Below, one piece after another: positions 1-13,347 of a stretch of DNA of 64,000 nt. Within the stretch, counting starts at the first letter, position 1. Each line of letters starts with the position of its first letter. Under the pieces are notes generated by a model. The model made no database searches, was not told the origin of the DNA, and saw nothing but the letters and a program-made list of their open reading frames with translations. Both the position numbers and the translations under genes were made by a program. This DNA comes from Phoronis australis (taxonomy: Eukaryota; Animalia; Phoronida): contig NMRA01000043.1 of NCBI GenBank assembly GCA_002633005.1, forward strand, positions 530,902 to 594,901, written 5' to 3'.

Positions 1-665
1 GGATGAGAAAATAATTGTTTTATTACCCCGTTTGGGTTTTGAATAGCCCAGTCTAAAATGGGAATTTAATGTGACTAGCAAATAAATGCGTAACAAAGCT
101 AAATGCCAAAGTCCCGTTCACTACAGGCTTACCCAACAACAACGTTCACTAGCGCAACTTGCTCCACTTTAATTGGAGCGTCCACACATACGCACATATC
201 CGATAACTAGCACAAGACAGAAGTTGTCGCTCTGTGCATGACAATAAACAACTGATGTGAATACAGCACAAAACACATGTTTGTATGTAACAGCAGCTGG
301 TAATTACTTCTACCTTGCCCCAGACAATTAGAAGCGGCGCAAGTTACCTTAGAATAAATTACCCTACTTTGATAAAATGGAGTAAGTTACCACAAGTGGG
401 GTAAGTTGCATTAGTTTAAGTAACGTCCAGACAGCCCTCAAACCTAGCGATAACTCGTTTAAGAGTAACTTCTCCTAGGGTAAGTCTGAGTGTGGGCAGC
501 ACTTATAAACATTTGCTCCTTCCAAAGCTCTGGCTCCCAATAATTTCCATTTTTAGACGGGTCTGAAACAAAGCAAACAAACTGAATTCATTCTTAATTT
601 TCAATGTCTAAATGAAAGAGGAACTTCATTAAAGCAACACAAAGATGTTTGATGCCAGAACACAC

Positions 666-840
666 CCATTTTGCAGTGCTATTTTTACGAATCCCTTTCT
701 TGTCAATAGGTTCAAACTGTAACTGCCAGGTCGTGCTTCTAGTGCCTCTATAGCTCCGCCCACCACCAGTACAAGAGCTTGTCCTGGTTGCTCCATATTC
801 AATAACCACCGCATGCTGTCCTTTGTTGCACTGCATGCCC
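666..840 (-). CDS. MOGAT/DGAT2-family acyltransferase, coding exon 2 (gene continues beyond window start)
   Basis: Acceptor ttattag|GG and donor AATGG|gtgtg. 175 nt encoding GACSATKDSMRWLL...LVVGGAIEALEARPGSYSLNLLTRKGFVKIALQNG, with the family motifs VVGGAxEAL and RKGFVKxAL. Phase matches the previous exon. Confidence 0.93.
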
Positions 841-1297
841 CTAATAATGGATAGAAGAACACATAATCAGACCTCCTTGCAAAGGAAAGAGGATAAAGAA
901 AGAGAAGAGAATTTGTCTCAAGCACAGTAACAGTTAAAGGATTTTTATAAAAGTGGGAAAAACGTGTTTGCTTCTTAAAATGTGAACATTTAAAAGACAG
1001 AAAATTTTTTTTGTATGTAATTTCAACATTAAACAGTTAGGAATTAAAGTAGCCATTGCAATGCACTGGCACCACTACAAAACAACAAATCGCACTTACA
1101 GTCAAACTGCCAATATGATGAGTCATAATGTTCACTCTCTCAAAAAACCCTGAGCCAACTATAAGACAGGAAATTGGATTTTGATTCAGTATAGTCAATT
1201 TGGTACTTCAGTTACAGCCGTGAAAGTTTAAAGAAAGTCTCAAGAGATTCAGTGTCACACCGCTTGGCTTTTGACTGGATAAGTTATTAGGTATTAC

Positions 1298-1787
1298 CTG
1301 TAGTCATGAAGTACTCTCTGTGGTAGGGAAACTGAAACTGTCCAGCTAAGGTGAGCAAATGTGGTTTAATACCAGGGTACACCTTGCTAAAGTCGGTTCC
1401 TTCAGTGGCAAAATTCAAAAAAGCACCGGCACTCATTATACCATGAGGATGGAAGCCCAGAATGTAATTCTTTGTTGGATCGAGATCGGCTGTTTTTACA
1501 AGACGCACAGGAAAATAGTCTCTGAAGTACTTCCACACTTTCCAGTTGCGTGTCCAGTTCCATTGACGACTGCCTTGTTCAGGAGTCTTACGATCGTACA
1601 AGTACCAAACCAAGTACAAAAGTGTTATCCAATAGTACCTTGTGAACAGAAGAAATAGGGAGAAGAAGAGACAGCCGAAGCCAAGGAACAGAAAACTTAA
1701 GACCCACTGCAAGACAGCTAGTGTTTGCAGTCTTCTTTCCAAAGGAATTATCAATGGTGCAAACTCAATACCTAGAAACTTTGTCAT
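1298..1787 (-). CDS. MOGAT/DGAT2-family acyltransferase (2-acylglycerol O-acyltransferase-like), coding exon 1
   Basis: MTKFLGIEFAPLIIPLERRLQTLAV, hydrophobic transmembrane segment, YFP motif and catalytic HPHG motif. Acceptor ttttctcttttcag lies 9 nt upstream of the ATG; donor ACAG|gtaata at 1297. Confidence 0.95.
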
Positions 1788-4700
1788 GACGTTTATCTGA
1801 AAAGAGAAAAAATGGACTCTAAATGAAATTAAATTTGAATATCGAGTGAATAAGGAAAAATTGAGAAAGGTGAGTGATGCCTAATACAGTGTTATTCAGT
1901 TCTAATTTATCCATTAGGGGAGAATGCCAAATGCAATTAAAAACTTGGAAGTGGGTGGGCATTGACTGATAGGGATGGTCTTTCAGATTGACCTGGTCAT
2001 ACTAACCAGGAAAAAGTGACCAGTATTTGCTTTACCAGTTCTTCCATCTGTAACAGCTTCATCATATCTTTACATTCTATTAAATTTCATAGTTTGCTAT
2101 TCTATAGACAAAAAGGCTTTTGTAAGCTATTGACATTTAATCTGTAAAGTTGAATGAGATTTGACATTTAAAAACTGGCCGATTACTGTATTGTTGATGA
2201 AGTGCCCAGGCACTTATTTGCCATTCAACTTTAAGATTCCTGGTTATAAAAGACATGGCACTTTTATTGGAGCTTGTTCTACAACTGTCTAATAGGACGG
2301 AAAATTTTGCTACCAGTATTGTTATCAGTAGATCTTCTTTAACATAGTTGAAAGCCACCTATAACAGGTAGGATACCGAGAGGTAATGTAACATCAAGCA
2401 CCGACACTATTCAGGTGAATGGAAACCAATTCAAAGATTCTATATTGTTATAAACTGGCAGAAACACAACAGGGGGAGCAGTGAAGCTGTTATGTAACTT
2501 GCCTCAGGGAAAATGCTAAAAGCAACATGTTATGAAAAGTAAAACAAATTTATTGTTTAAAAATGTTTTTAATCAAAGATAAAACTACCGTAAATACTCT
2601 GAAGAAAACTAAAAAAATGCCAAATGTAAGGTTATAGGCAAGTCTATGTACTTGGCCAAATATCCTTAAAATATAAGGGATTTTAACTTTGTAAAAGTAT
2701 CAATGTTTTCTGAAAGTTGTACGCTTGTAGAATTTGAGTTTTGACTTTTTACCAATCTGCAATTAATTGGGTCACATCATGTCTTCTTAGTAATTTTAAC
2801 AAAAAAGAAAATTCCATTGATAGCAAAACAGATGTATCAATAGCATGACCAAATTTTGTTTTATAAAAATGTTAAAGATGAAATCTCAAAAATGCTGCCA
2901 CAGTTCTTTCAATGATGATTTCAGTTTGGGTTTTTTATAAAATCATTTCATATTTTTGGGTAGCCCCTCAAGCAAAAGTGGAAATTTTTAAAACAATTAC
3001 TGACAGAGTTTTAGAGAACAGCGCATAAACCATATTATCTGAAATCTTCAAATAATTCAAAATCTAATTTGTCACTGAGATATGATGTTCGGACATTTTC
3101 CTAGGGTCTTACATACCCTTATGAAGCTCAACATAAACCTCAAAAGGCCAGACATGCCCTTAATGACAACCTAATAGTTTCATCTGATAACACTACTTGG
3201 CAGATATAACAACACCAGTAGATATCAAGCATTTAAATAGATTCAGATTGTCTATGAAAGAGAGCCTTGCCATTGCAGATCTGAATGCTAGGGCTTCGTT
3301 GAATGGCAACCTGGGGTTGGTTGAGCTTACCCCTTGGGGATAGCTTTGACCTTTGCATGTGACTGCTTTACACGTGAGTTTTGGTTTAGTTGAACGTTTG
3401 TGGTGGTTGGATATATTCCTTGAGAATGGTCAAGTGATTTTCATCGAAACGTTAGACATGTATATATGTTAATACATAATATTGACAACAATTGTGCTGA
3501 GTTTTCTAAAGTTAAACTAAATAAAAACCCAACTCCAAGGCAAAGTACTTAAGTTTTCCAATTTCATAATTCCGATGCAAGCCAACTAAAAATAACATTC
3601 TAACAAAAAGGACAGATTACAGGAAGATATTTTTTCCTAAGACAGTCCTAGACTAGAATAGCTTGCCGGGCTAAACTACATCGGGCCCCTTCTCTTGACA
3701 TTTTTGTCAACAACGTATCTGCCTTTCTGAAATAACATAGTCGGGTGCCTCCATTTGGGTGACTTTACCAGAAGTAGGAGGTTCTGAGTGTGTGATAACA
3801 TCTAGCTTCTTTGTTAACTGCCAAGCACACTCTTTTGTATGTTATGACAACAAGCAGGCCACTTATCTACCAGGCTTATTACAGACGACGGGTGAACACA
3901 GTCAAACTCAGAGTGAATTGGTGCATTCGGAAAGAATAGATTGTCGTACCTTCGCTTGCAGTTGGGTGATTTTGGCGACTCAAAAACTAAACATGATCGC
4001 CATTTGACAAAAATTTCAGAAATACTATTGGTTTATGTTCAAATATGTTATAATTTAACTTTTTATTTTTAACAGCACAGCCCACTCAGGGTAGACACTA
4101 TCTTGGAGACTAGAACAAATGCCAGAATGGACTTAATCAGTCGTGTAAGATATTGACTACAGGGGTAAACTTCCAACTTGTTGTTGGGCTATAGAATCGA
4201 ACAAGTTGGGAGCAACAGGAAAACGCCGTAATGAACCCGCTTACTGTCTAACCCCATACTCTAATAGTCTAATAGACCTAGCTATTTTAACTGATCTCTG
4301 AAGTGACAACCACTGTTTTTTGTTATGCAGTGATATAATACTCTGGAGACAGTTTGGTCACTTGAACCAAGAAGAAGTAAACTGTTCGTAATACGCCACT
4401 GTCCCCGGTGAAACTGTGTCTGTGGCCAGGTGGCAGAACACTGGCACTGCCACTGGCACTGGAGACTGGACACTGAGCAGTCAACATTGCAACAGCACTG
4501 ATACGGAACCTGATAACAGATACTTGACATATAAACCACGAAATACTACGCTTCCAAATGATGCTTGTTCTCTTGAAAAACAAGTTGTCCAGAAGAGAGT
4601 GGCTCACCACTGAATTTTAGCCCAGGCACTGACCTTGAGGGTTTTATCAACAAGTTGATCAAGTTCAAAGTGCGCGGTGAATAGTAAATTGCACTTCCAG

Positions 4701-5004
4701 TAGTAAAGAGTAGTAAAACGGAAATGGATAACCATATTAAGAACTGAGACAAAAGTTCAATTAAATGGGACGTTCAGTTGATTGTACGACTATTTTGGTG
4801 TGTCACCCAGTTTTACCCGACTAAGAGATTACCGATTGCTCTCAAAAAGAATGTAAAAACGAACGCCTCTATCGTACATAATCACTCAACACGATGATGT
4901 TTACATGCGCTTTACAAAGTAGTAACGGTGAAGCAATGCTTTTAATGGACAAAAGGGAGCTTTTTCGGCAAAAAATACCCTGTTATTTAATAATATATAC
5001 TTAC

Positions 5005-5130
5005 AGAGGTATTTGATAGTTGGAAAGCTTCAGATGTTATTTATAGATAAATGGGTGATTCAGGTCATCTGCCCAAGTATAAATGGGCTAGCAAAGTAGT
5101 TCTCCATTTGGAAAAGGCAAAATGGCTGCC
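5005..5130 (-). other. Candidate non-coding first exon of the MOGAT-like gene (5' end approximate)
   Basis: Strong minus-strand donor gtaagta at 5004-4998. The coding exon has an acceptor just before its ATG, so an upstream UTR exon is required. Confidence 0.45.
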
Positions 5131-5320
5131 TTCGCCGTGGGTTGACCCTTGAGCTTTATAGTTCCTTGCTTACCATATAGCTAAACTATTCGTCACTGTT
5201 TTATCACAGAAAATTTTTGATGTTTTTGCACCCTCCGATTCATCAAATTCTTTTTAAAGTTATTCTGATAGTCTATAAATTATTGTGTTCAAATCTGCAC
5301 TTCCTGAATTGCGGTTTTGA
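5100..5320. promoter_or_regulatory. Putative bidirectional promoter shared by the MOGAT-like gene and Nck
   Basis: YY1-type CAAAATGGCTGCC (5118-5130) and ETS-type ACTTCCTG (5299-5306) lie between two outward-facing donor sites (5004 on minus, 5414 on plus). Confidence 0.45.
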
Positions 5321-5413
5321 TAAAAATCGGTCACACACCTGCCGAATTTTGTTGTCAGTGCAAATCGCCTAATCTCTTTGTGTCATGAAAAGCTGACATT
5401 ATCTTCATCCAAG
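5200..5413 (+). other. NCK: Candidate non-coding first exon of Nck (5' end approximate)
   Basis: Consensus donor AAG|gtgagt at 5414. The Nck coding exon begins with an acceptor at 27381, so an upstream exon is required. Confidence 0.5.
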
Positions 5414-6150
5414 GTGAGTGGTGTGTTTAGAGCCTGAGTTGATTTCCTGTCAGTATGTTTCAATCTATTTGCTTTGAAGTTGATTGAAAATGAAAATCAA
5501 TTTCTTGGTCAACTTCACAAGTTCGGGTTCACTCGGACCAACTTTCCAGTCCAAGTAAAATATCTACCCTTGTTTCGACATTGCTGGATACGGTGGTTCC
5601 TGGTTTAGAAAAACCGGTTTCATCCATGAAGTAATGGACTTTATATGAATTCGGTAACTGCCTGGTTCTCTAAATGGGGTGTGCAATATGCCCTCAACAA
5701 GTTTGCACTGTTTTGATCAATTAACAGATCAAAGTGAACAAATTCAATGTTGTCTGATTTTTACTGTATTTCAAATCAGATGCTGAATTTATTAGTGTTT
5801 ATTATAGATAAACTATTAAGTAAACTAGCAATATTCAACAGTGTCACTAAATGAGAAAACAGGAAGACAATAACAACTCTGATTTCCAGGTTTGTGGTTT
5901 TATGTGTGACTAAGTCATCAATGATGACTCGTTGGAGATAATCTTGCATTCTAACTGTCTAAATTATAAAGGGACGAGAACCAGTTGCTTCTGAATTACG
6001 GCTGTTATTCTGTGGAACATGACTGGTTCTCAGTATCTTCCCTGTCATTGTACATGGCAAATATGTAGGATTTCTTATTGGAATCTCTTAGGAACTTTTT
6101 CTAATAAAAGCCCTCTTGAAGTGTCTGAGACTGCAAACGTTGAAATATAA

Positions 6151-7120
6151 GTCCCTTTCATACCGACTTAACTATGGGAGGAGCGTCGACGTAAACTGAC
6201 GTTAAATGAACTGTTCATACCAGCTTCGGTAGTTTACGAACATCAAGGTTAGTGGTAGGCAGGCCTTTATGCAGCGTAGGTCCTGGGCGTCCAAATGGAC
6301 GCCCTAGCACTAATCTGGAGGCCCTGGCAAGGATGCCCAATGTATCATTTGGACACCCACTGTCAATAGGAACCTTTCAAGTTTGGAATCATACATTGTA
6401 ATGAATACTAGGAAGGCTCACAGTGGGGGCTCTTTTGTCAAAGCAGGAAGAAATATACAATGCATATACAAAATATATGCATTGTTGCTATTTTGACACT
6501 TGATTGACAGCATTGTAAAAGTCTTGGTCTTCACATTTTTTTTAGTAAAAATGCTCACCATAGAAGGCTGTTTTATAAACTTAGATGTAAAAACCTTGAT
6601 CTGTGCATTTTTTTGTAAAAAAAATCTGTGTGTTTGGGGGTATTGCTGGGGGTGGGGGGGTTACACGTCGGAATCTTGGACGCCCTGGAATATTGGGAAC
6701 CCCATTTTGGACACCCTATTTTCAAAATCATGGATAAAGGCCTGGTGGTAGGTGACGCTGTTGTCATCTAAGTAATCGCAAGGCAGCGCTGATGCATCAC
6801 GTGCATGCTAACAATTGTTTAATCTTACAATTCACGTCAATCTTATTTCTAATTCCATTGGTGATTATTCGAGCAAAATATGAGCAAAAATTAGCGACGA
6901 CATTGCCCTTTAATTGTTAGCGATAACAGTGGCCCCTGGGGATAACTTCGATAGGACCGAAGTTGACCATTCATTGTGCACCACAGCTGAACAATGCTCC
7001 TCTGTTAAATCCACCTGTTTATTGTGAAGTTAACTGGCACTGTTAACTTCGATCCAGGACCGAAGTTAACCATTCAAACTAACCGCAACTCCCCCAAAAC
7101 ATCGACACGTCAACTTTAGA
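6151..7120 (+). mobile_element. PIF/Harbinger-like MITE (family A), interrupted by a hAT-type MITE
   Basis: Starts taa|gtccctttcatacc. Body is visibly homologous to the copies at 24158-24618 (same orientation) and 13348-13806 (inverted). Right TIR is eroded. Confidence 0.7.
6260..6744. mobile_element. hAT-type MITE
   Basis: TIRs CAGGCCTTTATGCA / TGGATAAAGGCCTG and a perfect 8-bp TSD GTGGTAGG (6252-6259, 6745-6752). Confidence 0.88.
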
Positions 7121-9575
7121 AAAAGTAAAGATAACAGAAGAGTTTGTGGTTCTCTGGTTTTCAGTGCGTCAAAAGAATATTTGTCGTGAATATTTTCCAT
7201 GAAGCTTGCCATCAGTTACTTCTTTGTCTATCATTACTAAAAATGGAAGTGGATATTTATTTGAATTAAATCTGAGACAATAAATGACAGTAAAACATAA
7301 GCTCAAGAGCTGGTTATCGTGGACAAATTAAAATCTAAGTCTCACAAGTTTTCACGCACTTTTAATTGTGTCAAACAAAGGTTTTGTGGTTGTATACTGA
7401 CCACAACGTTAATAATGTCAATACTGTATTACTTCATCTGTTCTGGACAGTCCTCCACATTGATAGCACATGTCTATGATCTGATATGTCCTGTATGCTG
7501 TGGAAACCATCCATTTCCTTTGAACAGCACACAAGCTGGGTTTGCATAGTGAACTGCTAAGTACACCTGCTGTTTAAACCATACCTGGAGGGGGTCTTAT
7601 TGCTAACTAGGAAGTACTGAGAGTTGTTGTGGAATAGTTGGGGTTACCCCACTCTTCCTCTGTGAGTCAGAACCAATTGAAAACCAACTGATATTGGGTG
7701 ACCACAAATAATGTATAGACAGGATTAATTGTCTTATGGTGGTGGTTGTTAGCAGGAGGTACTTGCTGATTTTATTTACCATGTGGGTTGAATGGTATTT
7801 TTATTTGATCCCATAAAGTCTTGTTGAAATTTCGTCTGTTTGGGACATGATATATCTGACCAGAGAATTAAGTTATGTTAAATTTCCCAGAAAAATAACT
7901 TAATAATGTATGTCAGCTTGGTATGTATGGTGGAGGTGCCACCAGAGAGCACTGGACAAAAACCCGTGTTGTCAGCGATTTAGCCCTGAAGCCTGTTTGA
8001 AAAATTTAGAAAAATGTTGTTTTTGCAAGACTCGATGTGGCGACCTGTAACTTGTCAATGCAACCTGAGATTTTGTTCGGCTACCTAATATAAATCCCAA
8101 GGTGACACAAAGTCACCAGATTTTTGTGAGTTGCAACCACGGCAGAAGAAGTTGAACAAGTAAGAATTCATCTGTACTTGGCTTAGAAATTTATGGTGAC
8201 TTCAAAAAATCGTAACTTTTTTCCTCCTAATACAATGCCTTTAGTTTTTAGTTCTGTTGATTTTGTGACATAAGTGACTTTGCACACATTTAAGGACGCG
8301 CTCAGACATCAAACGGGAGTCGGAATTGTTCGGGGGCAAAAGCTGGTTGGCCCGACAAATAACAGTTCTGATTCTGCTTGGGTAATCTATCATCACTGTT
8401 CACATGTTCTTCCGTTCGACTATAAAAAGCGGAGTTTCCTGGTGTGTTCCTTTCTTATTTGTCGACCTTGGATTTTTGCCTGGTTGCAATTGGTGAGTTG
8501 ACATTATGCTAAGTGTTTAGCCCTGCTTTAGCTTATATATATATGTGTCCGAAAAGTTACTGTACTCATTGTGTTGCTAGACAGCTGCACTGTGTTGCAG
8601 AAAAAGGCATTTTAATAGCTTTGTTTCTCAGATTGAACTTACTCTTCCGCCCAAATCCTGTCTACTTTGAGATACTGTATAGGAAGATATGAAATGCAAT
8701 AGAGCAGTGTGGGTGGGACTACCAACATCACCTATCAACTGCAGCACTGTTACCACATGGCCTATCAATAACATGTTCCATGTCAGAATTATCTGTGATC
8801 TCACTCAGTTGAAACAAAACACATCATGTCACATGTCAGTATCCTCCAGGATGATTAATCTGCATATGGCCTGCTTATGCTTTTTTCCTCTACATTTTGT
8901 CCCCCTTGTGATAAAAGAGCTCAGCCTGTATTGCTGCATCTGGTCCGGTATTTCCAGCAGAGTTGGTGATACTCCCACGCTCTGATTCAACTCATTATCC
9001 GGTGGGACTTATCTCATTTGCTTTGCCTGGAGTTATGTCAAGAAGAATTCAAAACCCCATGACTTGTTTATGAGTGAGTCATTCTTGTTCAGATTTCCAA
9101 GAGGTTGGCAGATTGATTGTTGTTCCTGGCCCATGATGGGAAGGATGGCATTTGGACGCAAGGTACTTTTACTGGGCATGTTTCTCAATTTTGAAATTTT
9201 TAGATGTCATTTTATTGGTATTTTCAGAGCAGTTCTTCTATTACTAAATGGAGACCACCATTCCGTGATTCTATTGTTTGGTTTAGTTAACTGATTTCAC
9301 AGCTGTGTTTGTCCACAGAAGTGATTAATTAATTGCTTATTGAGAAAACTTAGCTTGTTGATGAATTTTAATTTTTGGATTGCGACATAGCTATATGCGG
9401 AAACAATTGGGTCTTCCGTGATTGCCCAGCAACACTCGAATCTTGTATTTACCCACAATGCCGTCTGTCAGGCATATTTGCTGCCTCGTTTTCATGCCAC
9501 TGGAATCTCACATGTTATTTGTTGTTGTCTGATTCTTTACAAGTTTTTCTTGGTTGCATTATTCTATTCGTCCTA

Positions 9576-9790
9576 ATGTCATCGAAGTATTACTGCTCTG
9601 CGTGTGGGCTGCAACTCTGATGTGGGAAAGTGTGATAAACTACAAATATCCGTGGATATGTGATCTGAAATTCTTCGACTTCCCGACATCAATGACGGAC
9701 AGGAAAATGTGCCCTATTTCCAAAACGAGACAAAGGAGAGATCTATCGCCGTGTAATACAGAACAATCCTATTGCTTTGATTTCATTACT
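9576..9790 (+). pseudogene. Decayed THAP-domain-like remnant (transposon-derived)
   Basis: Allowing frameshifts it reads MSSKYYCSAxGCNSDVGKCD..YKYPWICDLKFFDFP...RRDLSP, matching the C-x4-C...F-x-F-P pattern of THAP N-termini. Confidence 0.4.
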
Positions 9791-11227
9791 TTGCGCTGAA
9801 TGTATTTTGTCAAAAATAACCTTGTGATTGTAATGGGATTGTTGGGAGATTTGTAGTTTTTTGAACATTTGGGAATCAGTGAGTGTCATGGAAAATGTAA
9901 GATTTGATTTTAGAGAGGGTATGGAATGCACATTTGTTCTAAAGTTTATATTGTTCATGCTATTTTAACAAATTTCTTTTCAGAAAATTTCATAGAAATC
10001 TCAAGGAGATTCTGCAGTCACATAAGCTTTTACGTATGAATAAGTTATGATTTTTGAAATTTCAATTTGTATTTGTAACAGAATTTCTTAAGAACCCAAC
10101 GACCTTGATAACTTCCAAAAAGGTCAACCTGAAGAATTTTATCAGGACCTGTTGACCCCCACATGGGTGATATCCCCAGCAACATTTTGTGGAGAATATA
10201 TTGAGAACAGTTGTCAACCACTTGTGGCCTGGTGTATTGAGTCTTTCATGTGGTTAGACAATCTGCATGGACTTCCCAGCCACTGTTTTGCTTGGCCATG
10301 GCACCAGGTCGGACACACTTTTGCAAGGAATATTGGAAGGATAATACTTGGACAGTATATTTTACAAGAAAAACATAGATGCTGAATTGTCTTCGGGTTT
10401 ATGTAGATGGCCAGTTGCATCTACCATACCTGAGTTTCCGTGGGACATCTTATGATGTCTCTATTTTTAAATTGAGCGTCCACTCGATGGAAGAGAAGAA
10501 TGTTGGTGTACACATGTGTCTGAATAAACTGCGGAAACATGCAACTGAGAACTACTTCCAAGCTTCTTTTGTCATGCAAAACCGTACTTGTGCTAGGGCA
10601 AGTTGATTGGACACAAGTGTAATTTTTGTCAGCAGGATCAGTTGTGAGTTGTCAGTTTGTTCGTGAGACAACTGCTGGTCTGGTCATAACTTAACTATGA
10701 CAAAATACGAGAGGTTGGATCCACTGCTGGATTTCAAGGTATTTTCCTCACTTTTCTAATGCTCTGTTTGATGATGGGCAGTTCGTAACTTGTATTGGTT
10801 TGTGCGCAATCGTTTGGATATTATTCATTATTTTCTTTGTAGGAACAGTTAAGCTTCTAGTTGCGAAAACATATTTTGTATTTGTTTTTCCCAGAACTCT
10901 AACCAATGTAATTTGTCTGGTGGAAACATTATTGGAAACCCCTTTTTAACTGGCTCAGTTCCTGAGTCGCCATTTGAATTGTGGTTTGAGATGATACGCA
11001 TGTAAATGAAGGTTGAATGATCCAATAAGTGCTACATGATCAGTCATGTTAGTAGACTTGCTGTTGTAACTGCATTAACTTGTGTATGCTGTTTGAAAGT
11101 TGTTTATTACGAGGAAATGCTAACTTTATTGAAGGCATTGTTTTTTGGTCAATTTGGCATATTGCGCTTACTATGGAAAGGTATTTTGAATATTTTTAGC
11201 TTTGTTTTGTAAAAGTTTTATGAAATA

Positions 11228-11591
11228 CCGTATTCGCCGTAATAGCCGCCCATGCCCCTATAAGCGCCCCCCACGTGTTTTCAGACTTTGCTGAAATAAG
11301 CGCCCAGTCCATGAACGTGTACACGGGAACAATGACGTACCTACAGTCCTAAAACTCGGCTACAGTAACGTCTTCAATTTATCAAAAAAGTTTTGCACGG
11401 GTCTTCTAGACCACCAGCGGCACTGCTACGTTTGTATTTAGCCGTGACTTTACACTTTAAAGTAACGCAGCGCTTCAAAAAGAACGCAACAGCGTTGCTA
11501 CNCCGGGTTTCAACCGCCTTGGGTTATAATAAGCGCCCCCCCTGAACCGAACTTTTCTAAGCGCCCTGGGCGGTTATTACGGCGAATACGG
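11228..11591. mobile_element. Tc1/mariner-superfamily MITE
   Basis: TIRs CCGTATTCGCCGTAATAGCCGCCC / GGGCGGTTATTACGGCGAATACGG, TA on both sides, internal repeated ATAAGCGCCC motifs. Confidence 0.88.
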
Positions 11592-13347
11592 TAAACAATT
11601 TTGTCAGACCGAAAGTGCAACTCTGAACAATTTGCACAGTGCAAGCAGTGTCTGTCTAAGTGGATGAGTTACTAATTACTATTCTATTATTTTTTGGCAT
11701 CATTGCACCACCTTGCGATTACTTTGGTGACGATAGTGCCATCTAGTGATAATTCTGATGTCTGTTGACTACTATAGCTAATGGGAAATGTTCATCTTTG
11801 CAGTTTATGTCGCGGCTTTCCTAGTTCCGGATTCAACTTCATAGGAAAAGGTTAAAAAAGTTCCAACTATTGAGTCTTTCTACTCTGGCTCATTCAGGAT
11901 TAAAAAGAAGGCATCCAAAATGGGTTTTTCAATTTTTTTCCAGGTGGCTGTGACTAATGACATGTGAATGTATTTTTGTGATCCCAAATCAAACTGTTGA
12001 ACTTGTAGTGTGGTATGTTTCTATGGAGACGTGTGTCTGTAGAGTCCCAAAGAGCTCCTGGAGCTGTATTCAGTGTTAGCAAGTATAGGGACATCAATGC
12101 TGACATGCTTACTTTACATGGGCATCCCAATGCTGAATAGAACATACTACCTCAGGTGTCTTAATTTGAGTTTGGGAACCTCGGACACCCTTTGGCTTTT
12201 TCATCTTTTTCATGAAGGTCTGATTCTACATTCATTGCTTTAGCAAATGTTGTTAGAGCTCAGAAAAGTTTTCTGTTTGACACGATTTCATTCTGTTGTG
12301 CAAGATGGGTATAGTTGACAGGGACGAAATGCAAGTGCTTTCATTCCTGGTAATTATGAGGCATATGTTTGCATGAATTGTTTGAACATCCTACCACAAA
12401 ATAGTGACAATTTGACATGATGTTAAGATAGAATATATAAAAAAAATGGAAATATCCCACTGTATTAAATCAATACAGAACGTTGTCCACCACCAACCTA
12501 TATAATGACAAGGCATATTTCATTCTGTCCCTGCTATTGGAAATTAGCCATTGGACGTTATTATGATGGATATGCATGTGCCTTTATTATGCATAACTGG
12601 GGTTCATTTGTCTGGGTAATAACCATGCTTTGTTTTCTTCTCTAGTTTTGTTAGTAGCGTTTTTTTCAAACATTTGTCCTAGCATTTTCGTTAACATTCC
12701 CATTTGATCTGTTGCCCAGATTGTCAGTTCCGCATACTTCTATTAAATTTCCATTGGCAAATGACTCACATAGCCAGGTATTTCGTACTGTGCTAGTGAA
12801 TTGTAGATGCCTTCGTTTGTCAAAAAGATAGCATTATCAAAAGCAGTGGTGAACCATGAATAGGACTAAGGTGCTTTTTATGTTGGTTAAGGACATTCGT
12901 TGATCCATGCCCTATAAATGCCTTGGCCAGTGGTTAAAAACAAAGTTCTGTTCTTTCAACCTTTGGTGTTGTTCAAACAATGTCCTTTTTATTGCCTCTG
13001 AACAAATGGCCAGCTGTCAGAATCTCATAGACTGGTAACAAAGCTCAACCCATAAACTTGTCAATGATTATGGCTCATTAAGCTAGCTTTGTATACAACT
13101 GACTGCTTGTTAGGGCCAAGTGCTTCTCAAAAAGCTTTACCACCCAGTTTTATTGTTGGAAATTTGTCGGGCTATTTGTTTTAAACAAGTTCAGAGGAGG
13201 TGCAACTCCAGTTGTAACTCTTTTGGGTGAATCTGTGAATAATATTCAAGGTTTTATTCAAAATGGTGCAAACCTGCCATTCTTGTGATCAGCATCATCT
13301 CACACAAGGTACACATATACCTCTATACCTGGTACTAGAACTATAAA

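Noticed and set aside
3415-3455. CCTTGAGAATGG...ATCGAAACGTT resembling a Penelope/DIRS-type hammerhead end
   Set aside because: The CTGANGA core is not intact and no supporting stems are visible.
4282-4752. Cluster of short ORFs, one with a signal-peptide-like start
   Set aside because: Mostly non-ATG starts, low-complexity CACTGG repeats and no recognised homology; likely intronic sequence.
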